Shown in pieces: positions 17,238 to 54,806 of a stretch of DNA of 64,000 nt (positions are counted from its first letter, which is position 1; each line of letters begins with the position of its first letter). This DNA is from Amoebidium appalachense (lineage: Eukaryota; Protista; Ichthyosporea), in NCBI GenBank assembly GCA_963693365.1, contig CAVNZM010000002.1, positions 124,001 to 188,000 on the forward strand, in the 5' to 3' direction. Made by a program: the position numbers and the translations under genes. The notes beneath the pieces were generated by a model, which did not search any database, was not told where the DNA came from, and worked only from the letters and a program-made list of their open reading frames with translations.

Positions 17238-18821
17238 GGTGATGGAAAGCCCAAGCGTGGGCGCGCGTCCGTGTGGGTGTCTGTATCCAAATATTGTTGC
17301 TTGTGTGGGGCTAATAGTAGTTTCTGTGGCCGATAATAGCACATAGCAGTGCCCTACGTGCTGAGAAAACGAAAATTATAATAACCGTGAACTGAAAACG
17401 GAATCTACCTAGGCATCACCGACGAAATTCGTGTATTTGGAGAGGACAACTCTTAGCATAACCTACATCAGGGGTTGCAAGAACGCTTATTATAGCACCA
17501 AAAAAACACTATTTGCCCCCTTGACACGTTCAGCTGCTGTTGATATGTACTAATAGCTATTGTAATTCCGCTTATACTCCCTCTCATACTCTAGATCTGT
17601 TGAGTTTTTCACTCAGTTTGGTTATCCTGTTTTCTTTTTCAGTGACTCATGCATGATTCTGTCACAGACCTTCACAGACTGCGATGAACAACTACGTAAT
17701 GGCAGCTAATTTATAGTCCATGACGTAAGCAGAATGATATTCAGTGCTTTTCGATTCGGTTTAGGAAAACGGTTGATGGCCCGACCCGCCAAACGGTTTA
17801 TCCTTATCAGATTCCCAAGAATAGCCTTTTTTGGTTTAAGAGACCCAATAGGAGCACCCTGTAATGGCAGAGCTAAACCCCTAGGGCGATTGAACGCGCT
17901 AGGGACATTATTTCTGCTGAAAAGTACAGAAAATAAAACAATTGCTTAAACTGTAGCCTTTATTTACACACGTATAGACCATGTTTCTTGTTTCTTTAGA
18001 ATAACATGAGTATTCGTTTTGACATGACAGGGTAGCCAAGTTGCGATCTGCGTCAGATTCCGTAATAGATCTTGATGCGTGCCGGTCCAATCACTTTTGT
18101 TCCGGTGCAGGTGGCATGTTGGGCCGGCCGTCTGACTCACCCGGCTGAGTGAAAAGTCAACAAACCGTTCTCACAGCCTCACACTTCCCACTAGGAAAAA
18201 CTAGGAAAAACCACAAAAGGTGGGGTGTGTGGGGGCATATGGGGTGTGGCTAGGCTGCTGTGCTTATAGGTGCACAGCCATTGAGGGAATAATATTGGCC
18301 TCGGACCAAAGTTATGGAAAGTGGAGGATGGGATCGACCGGTTACCCGTCAGCTATCTAACACATTCCCCCTCTTCTTCTCCCCCCCCCCCCACCTTTTT
18401 GACAAACACCACATGCAAGTACACACACGCCTGCGTTCACGCGCGCACGGGACTCCCACATGCACACACATAGACTGTCTCTTGCATGAAACCCCTCCCT
18501 CCCCCACTCCCCCCTCTCTCGTCCCGCCCCCCCCCCCCCCTCCCCCCCCCCCCCCTCCCCTGGCACCCTTCCTGCCATGTCCCTACCCACACGTGCACCC
18601 GCGCGCGCACGCACACACACGCAAACACACACACGTATGCACGCACGCACACGTACACACACAAACGTACCCCCCCCCCCCCCCACACACACACACACGC
18701 ACACACACATACACACACACACACACACACATGCTTAACCCCACGCACCCACACTCGCATCCGTGACGCTGATGATCGACACCTTCTGTGGGTTCTGCCT
18801 CCACACTCTTCCCGACCGCAG

Positions 18822-22940
<4,119 letters not shown>

Positions 22941-22941
22941 A

Positions 22942-29866
<6,925 letters not shown>

Positions 29867-30069
29867 GTGCGCACCGGCACATGCAGATTTAGTGGACATT
29901 CGACATTCTGATGGTAGCTCACTTTGTGCATTATAGTCTCCAAAACAACATTAACTACTACTACAACCCTCCCCCCCCCCCCCCCCCCAAATTCCCCTCT
30001 ACATTAGGAACACCAATTACCCACATTATTTGCACAGGGCAGCCGAACCGTTGTATCATTCCTGCTCCA

Positions 30070-30153
<84 letters not shown>

Positions 30154-30480
30154 CTCGCATTGTTTGTTTTTGCCTTATGTCATGCTATGATGTATGATAG
30201 ACCCAACTGACAACTGACTGCATTCGTCCTTTGCAGAACACCCACACAGAACACACCCAGATACAACCAACAGAACAAGAGAACAACAAGACAGCACAAA
30301 GCGTAAACGTTTGAGGGAGGCGTAGGAGAGGTGTAAGGTGAGCAGAGAGTGAGAGAGAATCAAAGGCAGGCAAGGAGAAGAGACACGACAGTTCTACAAA
30401 CGGAGACAAGCACGCGCACACACACGCACGCACAGACACACACACACAGACACGTACGGAGAGACAGACAGACAAACACG

Positions 30481-30722
30481 ATGGCCGACAAGCTCAAGCC
30501 CCGCATGCCCGTGGAGGGCAAGGTGCCCAAGGTGCTGCTGATCGACAACTACGACAGCTTCACCTTCAACGTGTACCAGTATCTGAGAGGTAGGCGCACC
30601 TGCATGCACACATGTGCACGTGCATGCACACACACCAGCACGTGCACGGACACCCCTGTACACCGTGGACCTGCCATGCATATACCTGCCGTTAGACAAA
30701 CATGCTTGCACACTTGCGGGCT

Positions 30723-30797
<75 letters not shown>

Positions 30798-31110
30798 AGC
30801 GGACATAAATCCGTACGTTCTACACGAAGAAAGGGTGCCGGGCACCGACAGTACCTTCCCCCATCTCACCTCACACCCAGTATACCACCCAGTAATCTCA
30901 CACCCATTCTAACACGTGCTTCCAGAGCTTGGTGCGGATGTGCATGTGCACCGTAACGACAAGATCACCCTAGAGGAGTGCTGGGCCCTCAAACCCACCC
31001 ACGTGGTCATCAGTCCTGGCCCCGGCCACCCATCCACTGATGCCGGCATCTCCCGCCCCGTCATCCAGGACTTTGCTGGAAAGATCCCCGTCTTTGGTCC
31101 GTGCAAACCT

Positions 31111-31147
<37 letters not shown>

Positions 31148-32733
31148 CCCGACACCACCACCACCACCCCCCACACACACACAACTACACACACACACAT
31201 GGTGGTCTACTACAACATGGAGCCTTGGCCATTCGAATGATTACTGCACGATAGACTCATGTGAGGTCTGCATTGTGTTTATTCCCTGTGCACACGTGTT
31301 TGCTCATGGCCGCATGTGTTCGGATGTGTATCCCATGCACACCAGCGGCCTATATTTGGGACATATTGGCAGCCACGTGCAGGTGATATTGCCGGGCGGT
31401 GGAGAGCAATTTACTGCATGCCAGTGTGTGCTGGCGTGTTCGAGAGCATGCACGTGGTGCTAACACGTGGCGCACACACACAGGGGTGTGCATGGGCCAG
31501 CAGTGCATGTACGAGGTGTTTGGGGGCACCGTCAAGAGTGCAGGGGAGATCTTGCACGGCAAGGTGTCTGAGATCCTGCACGATGCAAAGGGCATCTTTG
31601 CTAACATCCCCCAGAACATTAAGGTGGGTGTGGGTGTGTGGTGCATGTGCGTGGGCGTGGGTGTGGGTGCGTGTATGTGTGCACATGCATATTCGAGGAG
31701 AGGAGGAAGGTGGGGGGGGGAGGGGAGGAGGCTTCCGCCTTTGGTACAAGTGTTTGTAGCCTTGCCATAGCATAAGGGGTCAGGCCACAGCCAAACCTCG
31801 GGTGTGCCAGCAACTTCCACCTAGACGCCAAGTGTCAGTCTGTCTATAGTAAACATTGGTGACTGTGTCTCTCTTGTTGCTGTGTTGCTAAGCTCTTTGT
31901 CTTTTTTGTGCCCCACATCCTGACTGGCCATTTACCAGGTGACGCGCTACCACTCTCTTGCCGGGGACGGCAGCAAGGTGCCTGATGCACTTGAGGTGAC
32001 GGCAAAGACCCACGGGGGCATCGTGATGGCCGTGAGGCACAAGAAGTACGTGGTCGAGGGCGTGCAGTTCCACCCTGAGAGTATCCTCAGTGAGCATGGC
32101 CACGACATGTTCCGCAACTTTCTGGCATATTCCGCAGGCACGTGGGAGGAGATGGATGCGCCTCGCCGGTACAGCCACAGCGACACACGCCAGGTGGGGG
32201 CACATGCTCATTGTGCAGTTACTATTTCAGAATTTCATGCTACTGTTCGACATTCCTCCCCCCCCCCCCCCTCCCCCCCCCCCCCCCCCCCCTTTTCCCC
32301 CCCTCTCCCCTTGTGAAACGGCTGCGCCCCCTTCACAAACAGCCCCTGTCGTGGCCATCCTAACCTCCACCCTTTATTCCCCCCTCTTTCTCTTCCCCTA
32401 ACCACAGCAGATCTATCTCACCCTCTCCTTCTAACCCACACTGCTCTTCCTTCATCCTTGCCCTTTCTAACCTCGGTCTCCCCTTCTTCCCTCAACTGCG
32501 CCACACCCCCATCTCCTGCTCCTCTTTCCCCCAACCACATTCCCCTGCCAACCTTTTCGCTCCAATCCCCCCCCCCCCCAATGCATGCAGGCGCTGCAAG
32601 TAGCGATCCGCATGCTGTGTGACCGTGAGGAGCCCACTGGTGCGCAGCTCAAGGAGGCCTTTGATGAGGTCATGGATGGCAGGGCCACGGACGCACAGCT
32701 GTCCGCATTCCTCATGGTACAATATATCCCCCC

Positions 32734-32785
<52 letters not shown>

Positions 32786-33360
32786 TCCCGTGAGGATCCC
32801 CCTTTGTCTCACTTAAAGCAAGGTCCGTATCTATCATTATAAGCCCCGATCGATGATATGACGTCATTTGTTTACAAAAACGTCAGAATGACGTCATGCA
32901 AGAATTTCAAGAGCCGCAACAGGGCCATCCGAAATCCTCGATCGGATCATCCTCGATTTTGTCTAAAATGGTAGATACGGAGGTTGGTTTAATCAATTGC
33001 CGACCACACTTGATAAGAGGGGGTGTTACGGAAAAGTATAGTGTAAACTGGACACACACACACACACACATACATGCATACACCCCCGCCTACAACCACA
33101 CATGGTGGCTACGTTGGGACTTGTGCCCCCCACCCCCACCCTCCCCCCACAGCCCCGGGCTCTACTTTGGGCGTACTTTGTCTCTTTCTTCTTCATATCC
33201 ACCCTAGGTTGCGCTCTTTGTGAATGTGCACTTGGCACCGTGTGGCGCATCCTAAGACCCCCCCCCCCCCCCCCCCCCAGGCCATCAAGCTGCACGGGGA
33301 GACCCCCACCATCGTCGATGCCGTCTGCAGGGCCGTGCTCGAGAGATCCGTACGTCCCCC

Positions 33361-33440
<80 letters not shown>

Positions 33441-33841
33441 GCACAAATCTGGCCAATCACAGTCAGGAACCCTCCCAATGTATCAATCCACAGACACGTA
33501 GGCCTGGCTCCACACCTGCCCCCCCAATCCTCCTTTGCTGCTGAAACCACAAAGAGGACACAAGACAGTGGCTTGCGCAGTGGGTCTCCCTAATTAGGCA
33601 TTTCTCCTGCTCTTGCTCTCTTTTTTCTTTCTTTTTTCTTTTCTTTTTCCTCTCTTGTTTTTTTTTCTTCATTCATTTTGTTTGCACAAAGGTGGATGCA
33701 TGCATCGTGCAGTGACTGACTGTCATGCAGGAGCCCTGTGGTGTTGAGGATGTGGTGGACATAGTGGGCACGGGGGGTGACGGCCAGGACACATTCAACG
33801 TCTCCACTACCTCTGCTATCGTGGCTGCTGGCGCTGGCCTC

Positions 33842-33877
<36 letters not shown>

Positions 33878-34431
33878 CTTGACTTAGTGTCTCAGGTATG
33901 TGTGGGTGGGTGTTTATTTGGGGGGGGGGGGGGGGGGGGGGAGTGTGTGTGTGTGTGGGTGTATGTGTGCCTTGACTTAGTGTGTCCGTCTGTGTCTGTG
34001 TGTGTGCTTCTTGTCATGGATGGGCAGGAGGGGATAATAAGGGGGTATAACTGTATCTGCAGGCATGTTTGGCTTTCTATGGAGCATCAAGTGTGTGTGG
34101 GAAGTGTGGGGGGGGGGGGGGGGGGGGGGAGGGTGTACACTGGTTATTATTTTTTGTTTTTGTTTTTTTGTCCCCTTTCCCGCATTTCTCACACTTTTCA
34201 CAGGGTTGCCAAGCACGGCAACCGGTCAGCCTCCTCGCAGTGCGGCAGTGCAGATGTACTCGAGCACCTAGGGGGGGTGATCTCGCTGCCCCCCAGTGCA
34301 TGTGCTGACATAGTCAAGGGGGCCGGCTTCTGCTTCCTCTTTGCCCAGGCATTCCACCCCACTATGAAGATCCTGGCTCCAGTCCGCAGACAGGTGCAAG
34401 CACACACCCCTCCCTTGCAAGCACACACCCC

Positions 34432-34463
<32 letters not shown>

Positions 34464-34775
34464 TTTTCCTCATGCGGCATCATACTGCAGCATAACTTAA
34501 CGCAAACGTTCTCGTCTACTTTAAGCCGAATTGCCACCTGTCATTTCATATTTCCGGTTGAGATCCCAACGGCAAAAGCTCAACGTTTTAAAGACCTAAA
34601 TGGTCCACTCTACTAACCGTAGCACTAACCTGCTGCACGAGATAAAATTCGGGTACTGTGGAATCCCTGGAGCACGGGCTCTTATTATATTTTGCTTATT
34701 TTTTGACTATTTTTTGCAAGATTTGCATTGTGTTGTCCGTAATGAATGTGCCCTTTCTACTCAGTGACGATTCTT

Positions 34776-34806
<31 letters not shown>

Positions 34807-35842
34807 TACATTTGCGCCTTGCACTTTATGCATCAGTCAGGGTAATGAGGCTTCTTTGGGCATTCCAATACATCCAATCGTATGCACTGCATTTGCAAAA
34901 GGATGCCCCCCCCCCCCCCCCAATACACATACACTGACATGCACGTGCACAGATGGGGGTGCGCACGGTCTTCAACATGATTGGGCCGCTGATCAACCCC
35001 GCACGGCCCCGTGCGATGGTGGTGGGGGTGTACTCTCCCCTGATTGGCCGCCTGATGGCAGAGACATTGCTGCTGCGGGGCCTGACTGAGGCCCTGGTGG
35101 TGTGCGGCCACGAGGGATTGGACGAGGTATGCGGGGGTTCATGACGTGTGATTTGGGGGGGAGGAGGGGGGGGTTCTGTGGAGTGTAATTTTGGGGGTCT
35201 GTGGCGTGTGTGGTGGTGGTGGTGGGGTAACTTCAATCCCAGTAGCATCTCCATTTGTGTCTGTGTGTGTGTGTCTTACCTCTGTGTCTGTGTTCATGCA
35301 TTTTGTTCATTTGTGTCTGTGTGTATGCATCTCGTGTGTGCATGCATCTCATTCATTTTTCTGTGTTCATGCATTTTGTTCATTTGTGTCTGTGTGCATG
35401 CATCTCGTTGCCTGTTTTTCTGTGTGCATGCACCTTACCCCTTTCTTTCTGTGTACGTGCATGTTATTAATTTTCTCCCACCGCAGGTCAGCATCTGTGG
35501 CCCCAGCTATGTGTGGCGGCTGCACAAGGGCCAGATCACCGAGGGCAAGCTGACCCCCGAGGACTTTGGCCTGCCCACACACACCATCGACCAGGTTCGC
35601 GGTGGGCCCCCGGCCTACAATGCTGTATGTCTCTCCCCCCCCTCCCCTCCCCCCCCTCTCCCTCCCTCCCTCCTCCTCCTCTCCCTGGACGTGGGTTCTG
35701 CTTCTAATGCTTACCTGTATGTGTGGTTTGCAAGATTTGCATGATGTTGGCCGTGATGAGTGTCTCGTACAACGTAACACATTTTAACTACCCTTTCTTC
35801 CTTTTTTTGTGCCCGTCACCTCCGTGGTTTATGCCGAAACCC

Positions 35843-35885
<43 letters not shown>

Positions 35886-36088
35886 TTCCTCCCACATCCC
35901 CACTGCCATACCCCTCTTTTATTACATATGCATTTGCATGGCACATAGCATGGTGCTGTGTATTAGTCACGTGCTGACCATGGGTCTAGGGGGAGCTTAT
36001 GGCTCTGCTGGATGGCAAGGAGGGACCCAACCTGGACTTTGTGCTCATCAACTCGGCAGGTGGAGTGCACCCCCCCACCCCCCCCCCT

Positions 36089-36124
<36 letters not shown>

Positions 36125-36636
36125 ATGATGGGCTCTGCTTATGGGGCAAGCTGTGTGTGCAAAGGAAAATCTGCACTGTGGTGATAGTCATGAATGTATA
36201 CTTCTTGCTTTATCACACATCCCCCCCCCCCCTCCCCCCCCCCCCCTTCCCCCCCTTCTTTTTCCCCCGGTGCATAGGGAGGAGGGCTGAAACGGTGGCG
36301 ACATGATCCATGCCGTGTGGTGTGTGTTTGTGTGCGTGCATGGGTGTGATTGTGGGTAGGGGTGTGATTGTGGGTAGGTGTGTGATTGTGGGTGGGTGTG
36401 TGATTGTGGGTAGGTGTGTGTGTGTGGGGGGGGGGGGGGGGGGGTATGGAGCCAAGCGCACACTGTCATGTTGCTGACTGTGGCCATGGTGGGGTGCAGC
36501 GCTGCTTGTGGCCGGGGGCAAGGCCAAGACCTACAAGGAGGGCGTGGAGCTGGCCCGGGAGTCCATCGGGTCGGGTCGGGCCCGGCAGGTGCTGACGCAG
36601 TACATTGCCCTGTCACGTGCTGCGGCCGGCAAGTGA
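30481..36636 (+). CDS. trpGD: Bifunctional anthranilate synthase component II (glutamine amidotransferase) - anthranilate phosphoribosyltransferase fusion, ~563 aa, 12 exons
   Basis: Exons 30481-30589, 30926-31096, 31484-31623, 31939-32193, 32591-32716, 33281-33349, 33731-33843, 34204-34393, 34953-35126, 35487-35624, 35990-36059, 36500-36636; all GT-AG, in phase. TrpG: [24 protein letters not shown] (catalytic Cys), [13 protein letters not shown]. TrpD: [46 protein letters not shown]. Confidence 0.95.
32817..32988. mobile_element. 172-bp MITE with TTAA target-site duplication (Kolobok/piggyBac-type target) in trpGD intron 5
   Basis: TTAA at 32813-32816 and 32989-32992. TIR AGCAAGGTCCGTATCTATCATT vs reverse complement of the right end ACCAACCTCCGTATCTACCATT (18/22). 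Confidence 0.75.
34649..34780 (+). mobile_element. Diverged 3' part of the SINE-like family (copy 3)
   Basis: TCGGGTACTGTGGA...GGGCTCTTATTAT...TGCATTGTGTTGTCCGT...TACT...TGACGATTC, then a C-run; colinear with 664-806. Confidence 0.6.
35685..35793 (+). mobile_element. Diverged 5'-truncated copy of the same family (copy 4)
   Basis: CTGGACGTGGGTTCTGCTT...TTTGCAAGATTTGCATGATGTTGGCCGTGATGAGTGT resembles copies 1-3. Confidence 0.45.
36121..36222 (+). mobile_element. Diverged 5'-truncated copy of the same family (copy 5)
   Basis: GATGGGCTCTGCTTAT is identical to copies 1 and 2, followed by ...TCTGCACTGTGGTG...ATGAATGTATACTTC; lies between two C-runs. Confidence 0.55.
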
Positions 36637-36649
36637 GCCTCCGTGGCTA

Positions 36650-36655
36650 AATAAA
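36650..36655 (+). terminator. Candidate polyadenylation signal after trpGD
   Basis: AATAAA 13 nt after the TGA stop. Confidence 0.45.
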
Positions 36656-37152
36656 AGAACGGAAGGGAAATCGTGGTCTTGGGGTGCTACTTGTGTATGC
36701 AGTGCCAAATGCATGCCGTGTTACATGGGTGTGTGCACACAGTGATGTAATATGTGTGAGTACACCAATATCATGACCAAGTGATTGATGTGTGCATGCC
36801 ATCTACTTCATGCATTGTTGCCTGGGGCTATGGACGTGAATGCATGTATGTTGCATGTATAGATCACCAGGTCGTGGGCCTGCAAATAATGCACCCACAG
36901 TCGAGCACCCTTGCTCCGCCAAGACGCCCACCAATGGCATAATGTATGTCTGTAAATATGGCCAACCCGGGGCCTCCAGCTGTTCGGAGAGATAATCATG
37001 CCCCCCAAGGCGCACATGTATAGCTTAGTTTGCACAGCTCGTATCTGTGGCTGCCATCTGATATGATCCAGCCGTGGATTGGTTTGGTGGGGATGGCAGT
37101 AGCATGCATGTGTGCGTGTCTGCGTAGGCCTCTCTCTCTCTCCCTCTCTCTC

Positions 37153-37184
<32 letters not shown>

Positions 37185-37288
37185 ACAGTGTGTGTGTGTG
37201 CACGCGCGTGTAATATGTGTGTGTAGAATTTGTGTCTGGTGGATAGTGTGTGCATGTGCATGTAGAGGAGGTTTGCCAATGGGCCCCC

Positions 37289-37322
<34 letters not shown>

Positions 37323-37330
37323 TGTTTGTT

Positions 37331-37380
<50 letters not shown>

Positions 37381-38213
37381 GAGAGTCTCAGGGACTGGCA
37401 AGAGAGTGCCTCGAAAGGTATCCCCGGGGGAGTGTGTGGGATGCATGGGGTGGGCTTGCAGAGGGTGAGTGGTTTTTGTTGTGTTTTCGGCAACCTGCCA
37501 CTGTTATCTTGTACCAAACCGTGGTACGGGAGGACTCGTCGATCTGCTTCGAACTTCATGGTCACGATGGACCAACATTTGTAGTAGCGCTGTAATAATC
37601 TGTTGCAATTGTTCGACTACCTATCAGCTCGATAATTCTTTGGATATTATTGCTATCATTCTCAGGCACTGTTATCACCACGGTGTTCAATAATATATTT
37701 AACGGCCGTCAATTCCACTTTATCATTTTGAAGCAAGTAAATGTTGTTGGCTTATACACGAATTCAGCCTGGTAGTGATGGTAGTGGTGGTCGTGTGCAC
37801 ATTCACAGAGAAGGGTTGTCCCAGCTGTATGGAAAGCATGTTGGTGGTGGTGGGTTTTTTTTTTCTTTTTCTTTTTCTCCCCCCCCCCCCCCCCCCTTTC
37901 TGTCTTGCTTTGTTTCGTTCTTTCTTTCCTTTCTTTTTTTTTTCCTGGGAGGGGGGGGGGGGTTGTTGTTGTTGCCCACAGCCTATAATATTCTGACAGC
38001 ACATCATGATGTACTATATGCAATCAACTCAGTATGAGTTATGTCGAAATTAAAACCTTATAATACCCGAACTCGTAAGAATCTCCCTGGGCTCAGTACC
38101 GTATATACAGACAAAATTGTTAACGTTTCTAGATGTAAAGGCTTTTTTGGACTTGAGTTTGTGGCAGAGGCAGGGGAGGGGGGCTGGAGGGAGGAAGGGA
38201 GGGAGGAGGGGAA

Positions 38214-38245
<32 letters not shown>

Positions 38246-38567
38246 GGGTATGTAGCCTATGATATTGCAAACTTTTCGGTGCTGAGACTCCCCCCGGGGG
38301 CCCGGCCCCCCCACCCTTTCCCCCCTTCTCCCCTCGGCTAGCTAGTTTCCCCGTGCACACCTCTGAAGTCTTAGACACACTATGTGCAACGGCGGTGCAC
38401 TTGTTTTCCGATTCACACGGTGTATGTTTTCATCTTTAGCTAGCTATCTGTTTGCTTTGTGTGTGTGTGAAACTAAGGGATCAGATGTATGTGCTACATA
38501 GTTGAATTGAAGTGTCTGAGTGCCACCTACATGCGCGTGTGGGTGCATGCAGGCCTGGGTGTGTGTT

Positions 38568-38905
38568 GAGCCCAACCACACCAGCAGAATGAGCTTGCTT
38601 GAAGCCAAGCCTCACAAACAGAAGAACAACGAGATTCTACAGATAAATTATCAGGATTTCGGAATCATACTGCTCCCAGCACCAGAATAGACCTCCAGGC
38701 AGGATAATTCTGGTTTTTGCATGAGATTTTTGAAGAGAACAATTCTGCTTTTTGGAGAACAGTTCTACTCTCAGCGGAATAATTCTGCGGCACAGATTAA
38801 TTTTACTTTTGCTGAGTAGCTCTGCTGAAGCAGAGCCGGATTCTGTTTTTGCAGAATAATTCAGCTAAAAGAAAACCGATGCTGCTGCGCAATTGTGTTG
38901 GGCCC
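38568..38905. mobile_element. MITE-like element with internal palindromic subrepeats
   Basis: Ends GAGCCCAACCACA ... TGTGTTGGGCCC form an imperfect inverted repeat. The interior carries several variants of (GC)AGAATAATTCT(GC). No clean TSD. Confidence 0.4.
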
Positions 38906-39369
38906 TAACCTAGTAGTTGCCATATCCAGAATGTAGTGAGGATATATTATTGAGGAATGTAGTGAGGATATATCCAGAATGTAGTGAGGATATATTTTTC
39001 GGTGGGGAGGGGAGGAAGGCCGGGGGGGGGGGGGGGGGGGGGGGAGGGTGGGGGGGTACAGGGGGATGTGCTGTTTATTTAACGACATGTATGTGAGTTG
39101 TGATGATGTGTCGGCACCAAGGTCAACAGAAAGAACTTCCACCCAACAAATTGCACCGTGAAGTTGTTTATGACGTTACAGGATATACATCTTATGTGGA
39201 GACATACCCACCCACCCCTTTTCTTTTTTTTAATTGTTGACGTCAGCATGAAATCCCAATGCAATTGTGACCATATTCGGTAGTAACCATACATACGTCA
39301 TTGCATAGCGTAAATAAAAAGGCTGTTTGGACATGCGGGGGGGGGGGGGGGGGGGGGGGGAGGGAGGGG

Positions 39370-39403
<34 letters not shown>

Positions 39404-39893
39404 AGGGGGGGGGAGGGAAAGAGGGGGGCAGGGGGGTAAGGTGTGTTTTTCATGTGGCCCGAGGGAGGGGGGGGGGGGAGGGGGGAGGGGGCGGGGCCGG
39501 TGGGGTCTTTGCTGGGTGGAGGAAGGGGGGCCCGGGGGGGGGGGGATTTGAGGGGGGCAGGGGCAGGGGGGAGGGGGGAGGGGGGAGGGAAGGCGGATGT
39601 TGGGTGTGGTGATGGGGAGGGAGGGTTAGAAGGGGGGGGAGGAAGGGGGGGAAGAGATGAGGATCATATGCGCTCAACCCATGTGCATGTCACGGTGGCA
39701 ACAGCTATCTCGTTTGTAAATACGTTGGACATGTTGATATGATATCAGGGTGGTGACATCATGATGCTTATCATTCAGCCGTTTACCACATTTAGACATT
39801 TAGACACCTCGCGAATTACTAGGCACATATACTACACGACATAACTCTCAGGATACATGTTATTGGCATTCCCCCCCCTCCCGGCCCCTCCCG

Positions 39894-39942
<49 letters not shown>

Positions 39943-41848
39943 ACGGTCCGTCCCGCGACTTGCTAGGCAGCATGGGGTCCCCCAACTCCTTACCGTGACC
40001 ACAAACGTACACGCGTGCATTGAGATTCGACACGATCCATGGAGCGGCAGAATCTGCCACCATTTCGTGGTCAAGCCGATAATAAGGCCGCCTAAGCATG
40101 TACGTGCTGCGCAGATGTCCGCTGGCCATGTGTGCTGCCACCGCGCATCATCAAAAGACATGGCAATCACGGTCGTGCACGCACATGACGCATTCACACC
40201 TCAACAGGATCGCACACACACGCAGTGTGACATTTGCTTCCCTGTGCCCCAACCATCCGGGTCCGGGGCCCCTCGCCCCCGGACCACATTCCGGCCATTT
40301 TTTTGGGGGGGGGGAAAGACGGGGAGAGGAGAAAGGTGCTGTAACGACATGTATGTGACCTGGGGCGAGGTACCAGCACCAACTTTGGATAGTCGGATAT
40401 TGGAGGTTTAATGGCTGTAAGCATCGGAGTCTTCAACGCAGGTGGCTGAAAGATAGTGCGAGTGTGTACTCTTTCAGCGTGTAACAGCGTAATGTGTGCG
40501 GATGCTTCGTGTGGCAACAGTGTGTAAGACCTGACAGTGACAATCACCTGAGTAACCTGACCCGAACACAGCTGTCAGGATTCAGGAACGCGAATGGAAT
40601 GCTGTGTGGTGCGCATTCAACCAATCCAATTTCACAACTTTGCTTATCTTTCGCACCTTCAACCAATCGCAGCACAACTCATGAGTCACTACAGACTGCC
40701 TACAGTGTAAGTCTGCCTTTTCCCGTCACCGCTAGTCGGGCCCGCCGCAAAACTTTGCAACAAGAAAAGGCCTGTGTTTGTTGTTTCCTGTATGGGCACA
40801 AACGGACACAGGGAGAAATAAAATCAGGGGCTAGCAATTCCACGCAGTGGTTTTTTATGTACTGAGTAAGCCACACCTTATCAAGTTTCTCACAACGTAT
40901 AGCATAGATGCATCGGTATAGGTTGGGACACCAGTGGTGGAGAGGGGTGTGAGGGCGATCCGAGGGTTCCGTTTGGATCTACGAATAGGCACGTGCAGTG
41001 CCAGCGTTACACACGCCAACAGTGCGGTAGGGCGGTAAAACAAGCAGTTGGGGACGGCGCCACCATAGAGACAGGGCAGAGGGGGCCCAACCCCCAGCAA
41101 CAACCACGGGTACGTGTTTGGTCTCCGAGTTCCTGGGTGAGCTGGGTCCGTGTAAGGCCCTTGCGTGCGCAACTGGTGACATGTACGGGCGTATTTTGGG
41201 CTGTATCTATTACACGCTATGAGTGCGCAAAATTTAATGGCTGTCTGGCCTGTGAGTCTGGCGTCACATCCTTTTCGTTCAGCTGGTGCTCTTTCTTGTG
41301 TCTCTTTGTTTGCTTGTCTGAGGTATATGGAAGGGCAGTGAAGTGTTCTCCGAGTTTGCCCCATAACTTGCGTGTCTAATATCCACTACATATATTTGTA
41401 ACACCCGTCCTTGTGGCACCATTCCCTTTATTGTTGTTACATGTGGAAGCTTTGGCACATCATCACACGCCATGGAAGGGACGTGAGTGCCATGGGCCAG
41501 ATCCGCACTTGCCACTTTTGGAAGGCTGTTTCTTGTCCACCAGAGAGGGTCAAGTCTCTGTTCCTTTACAGCTGCCGTTAACTTCCTCCACTCTCCCTTG
41601 TTCTCACTCCTTTTCCTCACAAACACAACAATACAAACAGGCGCAAACCACAAGCACACACACGTGTGCACACACGCACTCAGGCAACACATACGCATGT
41701 ACTCACGTACACACGCAAGTAGGCATTTCCACACATTTAGCTCACATGCACACATTCTGCCCCACATAAACAACACACGCACACACGTACACGCACACCC
41801 GTTTGCACCCCCGCACACACACACACACGTACGCACACGCACGGATGC

Positions 41849-41879
<31 letters not shown>

Positions 41880-41896
41880 TGCGCACACACAAACAC

Positions 41897-54806
<12,910 letters not shown>

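Noticed and set aside
17350-18130. AT-rich block with CAGGGGTTG/CAGGGTAG starts (similar weak cases at 13170-13437, 45376-45535, 57172-57376)
   Set aside because: Possible old DNA-transposon remnants or promoter DNA, but no matching TIR plus TSD pair could be established by eye.
36632-41400. Further trp genes (trpC, trpF, trpA/B) after trpGD via the AA|GTGAGC donor-like site
   Set aside because: No exons with indole-glycerol-phosphate synthase, isomerase or tryptophan synthase motifs were seen; TrpD is complete and followed by AATAAA.
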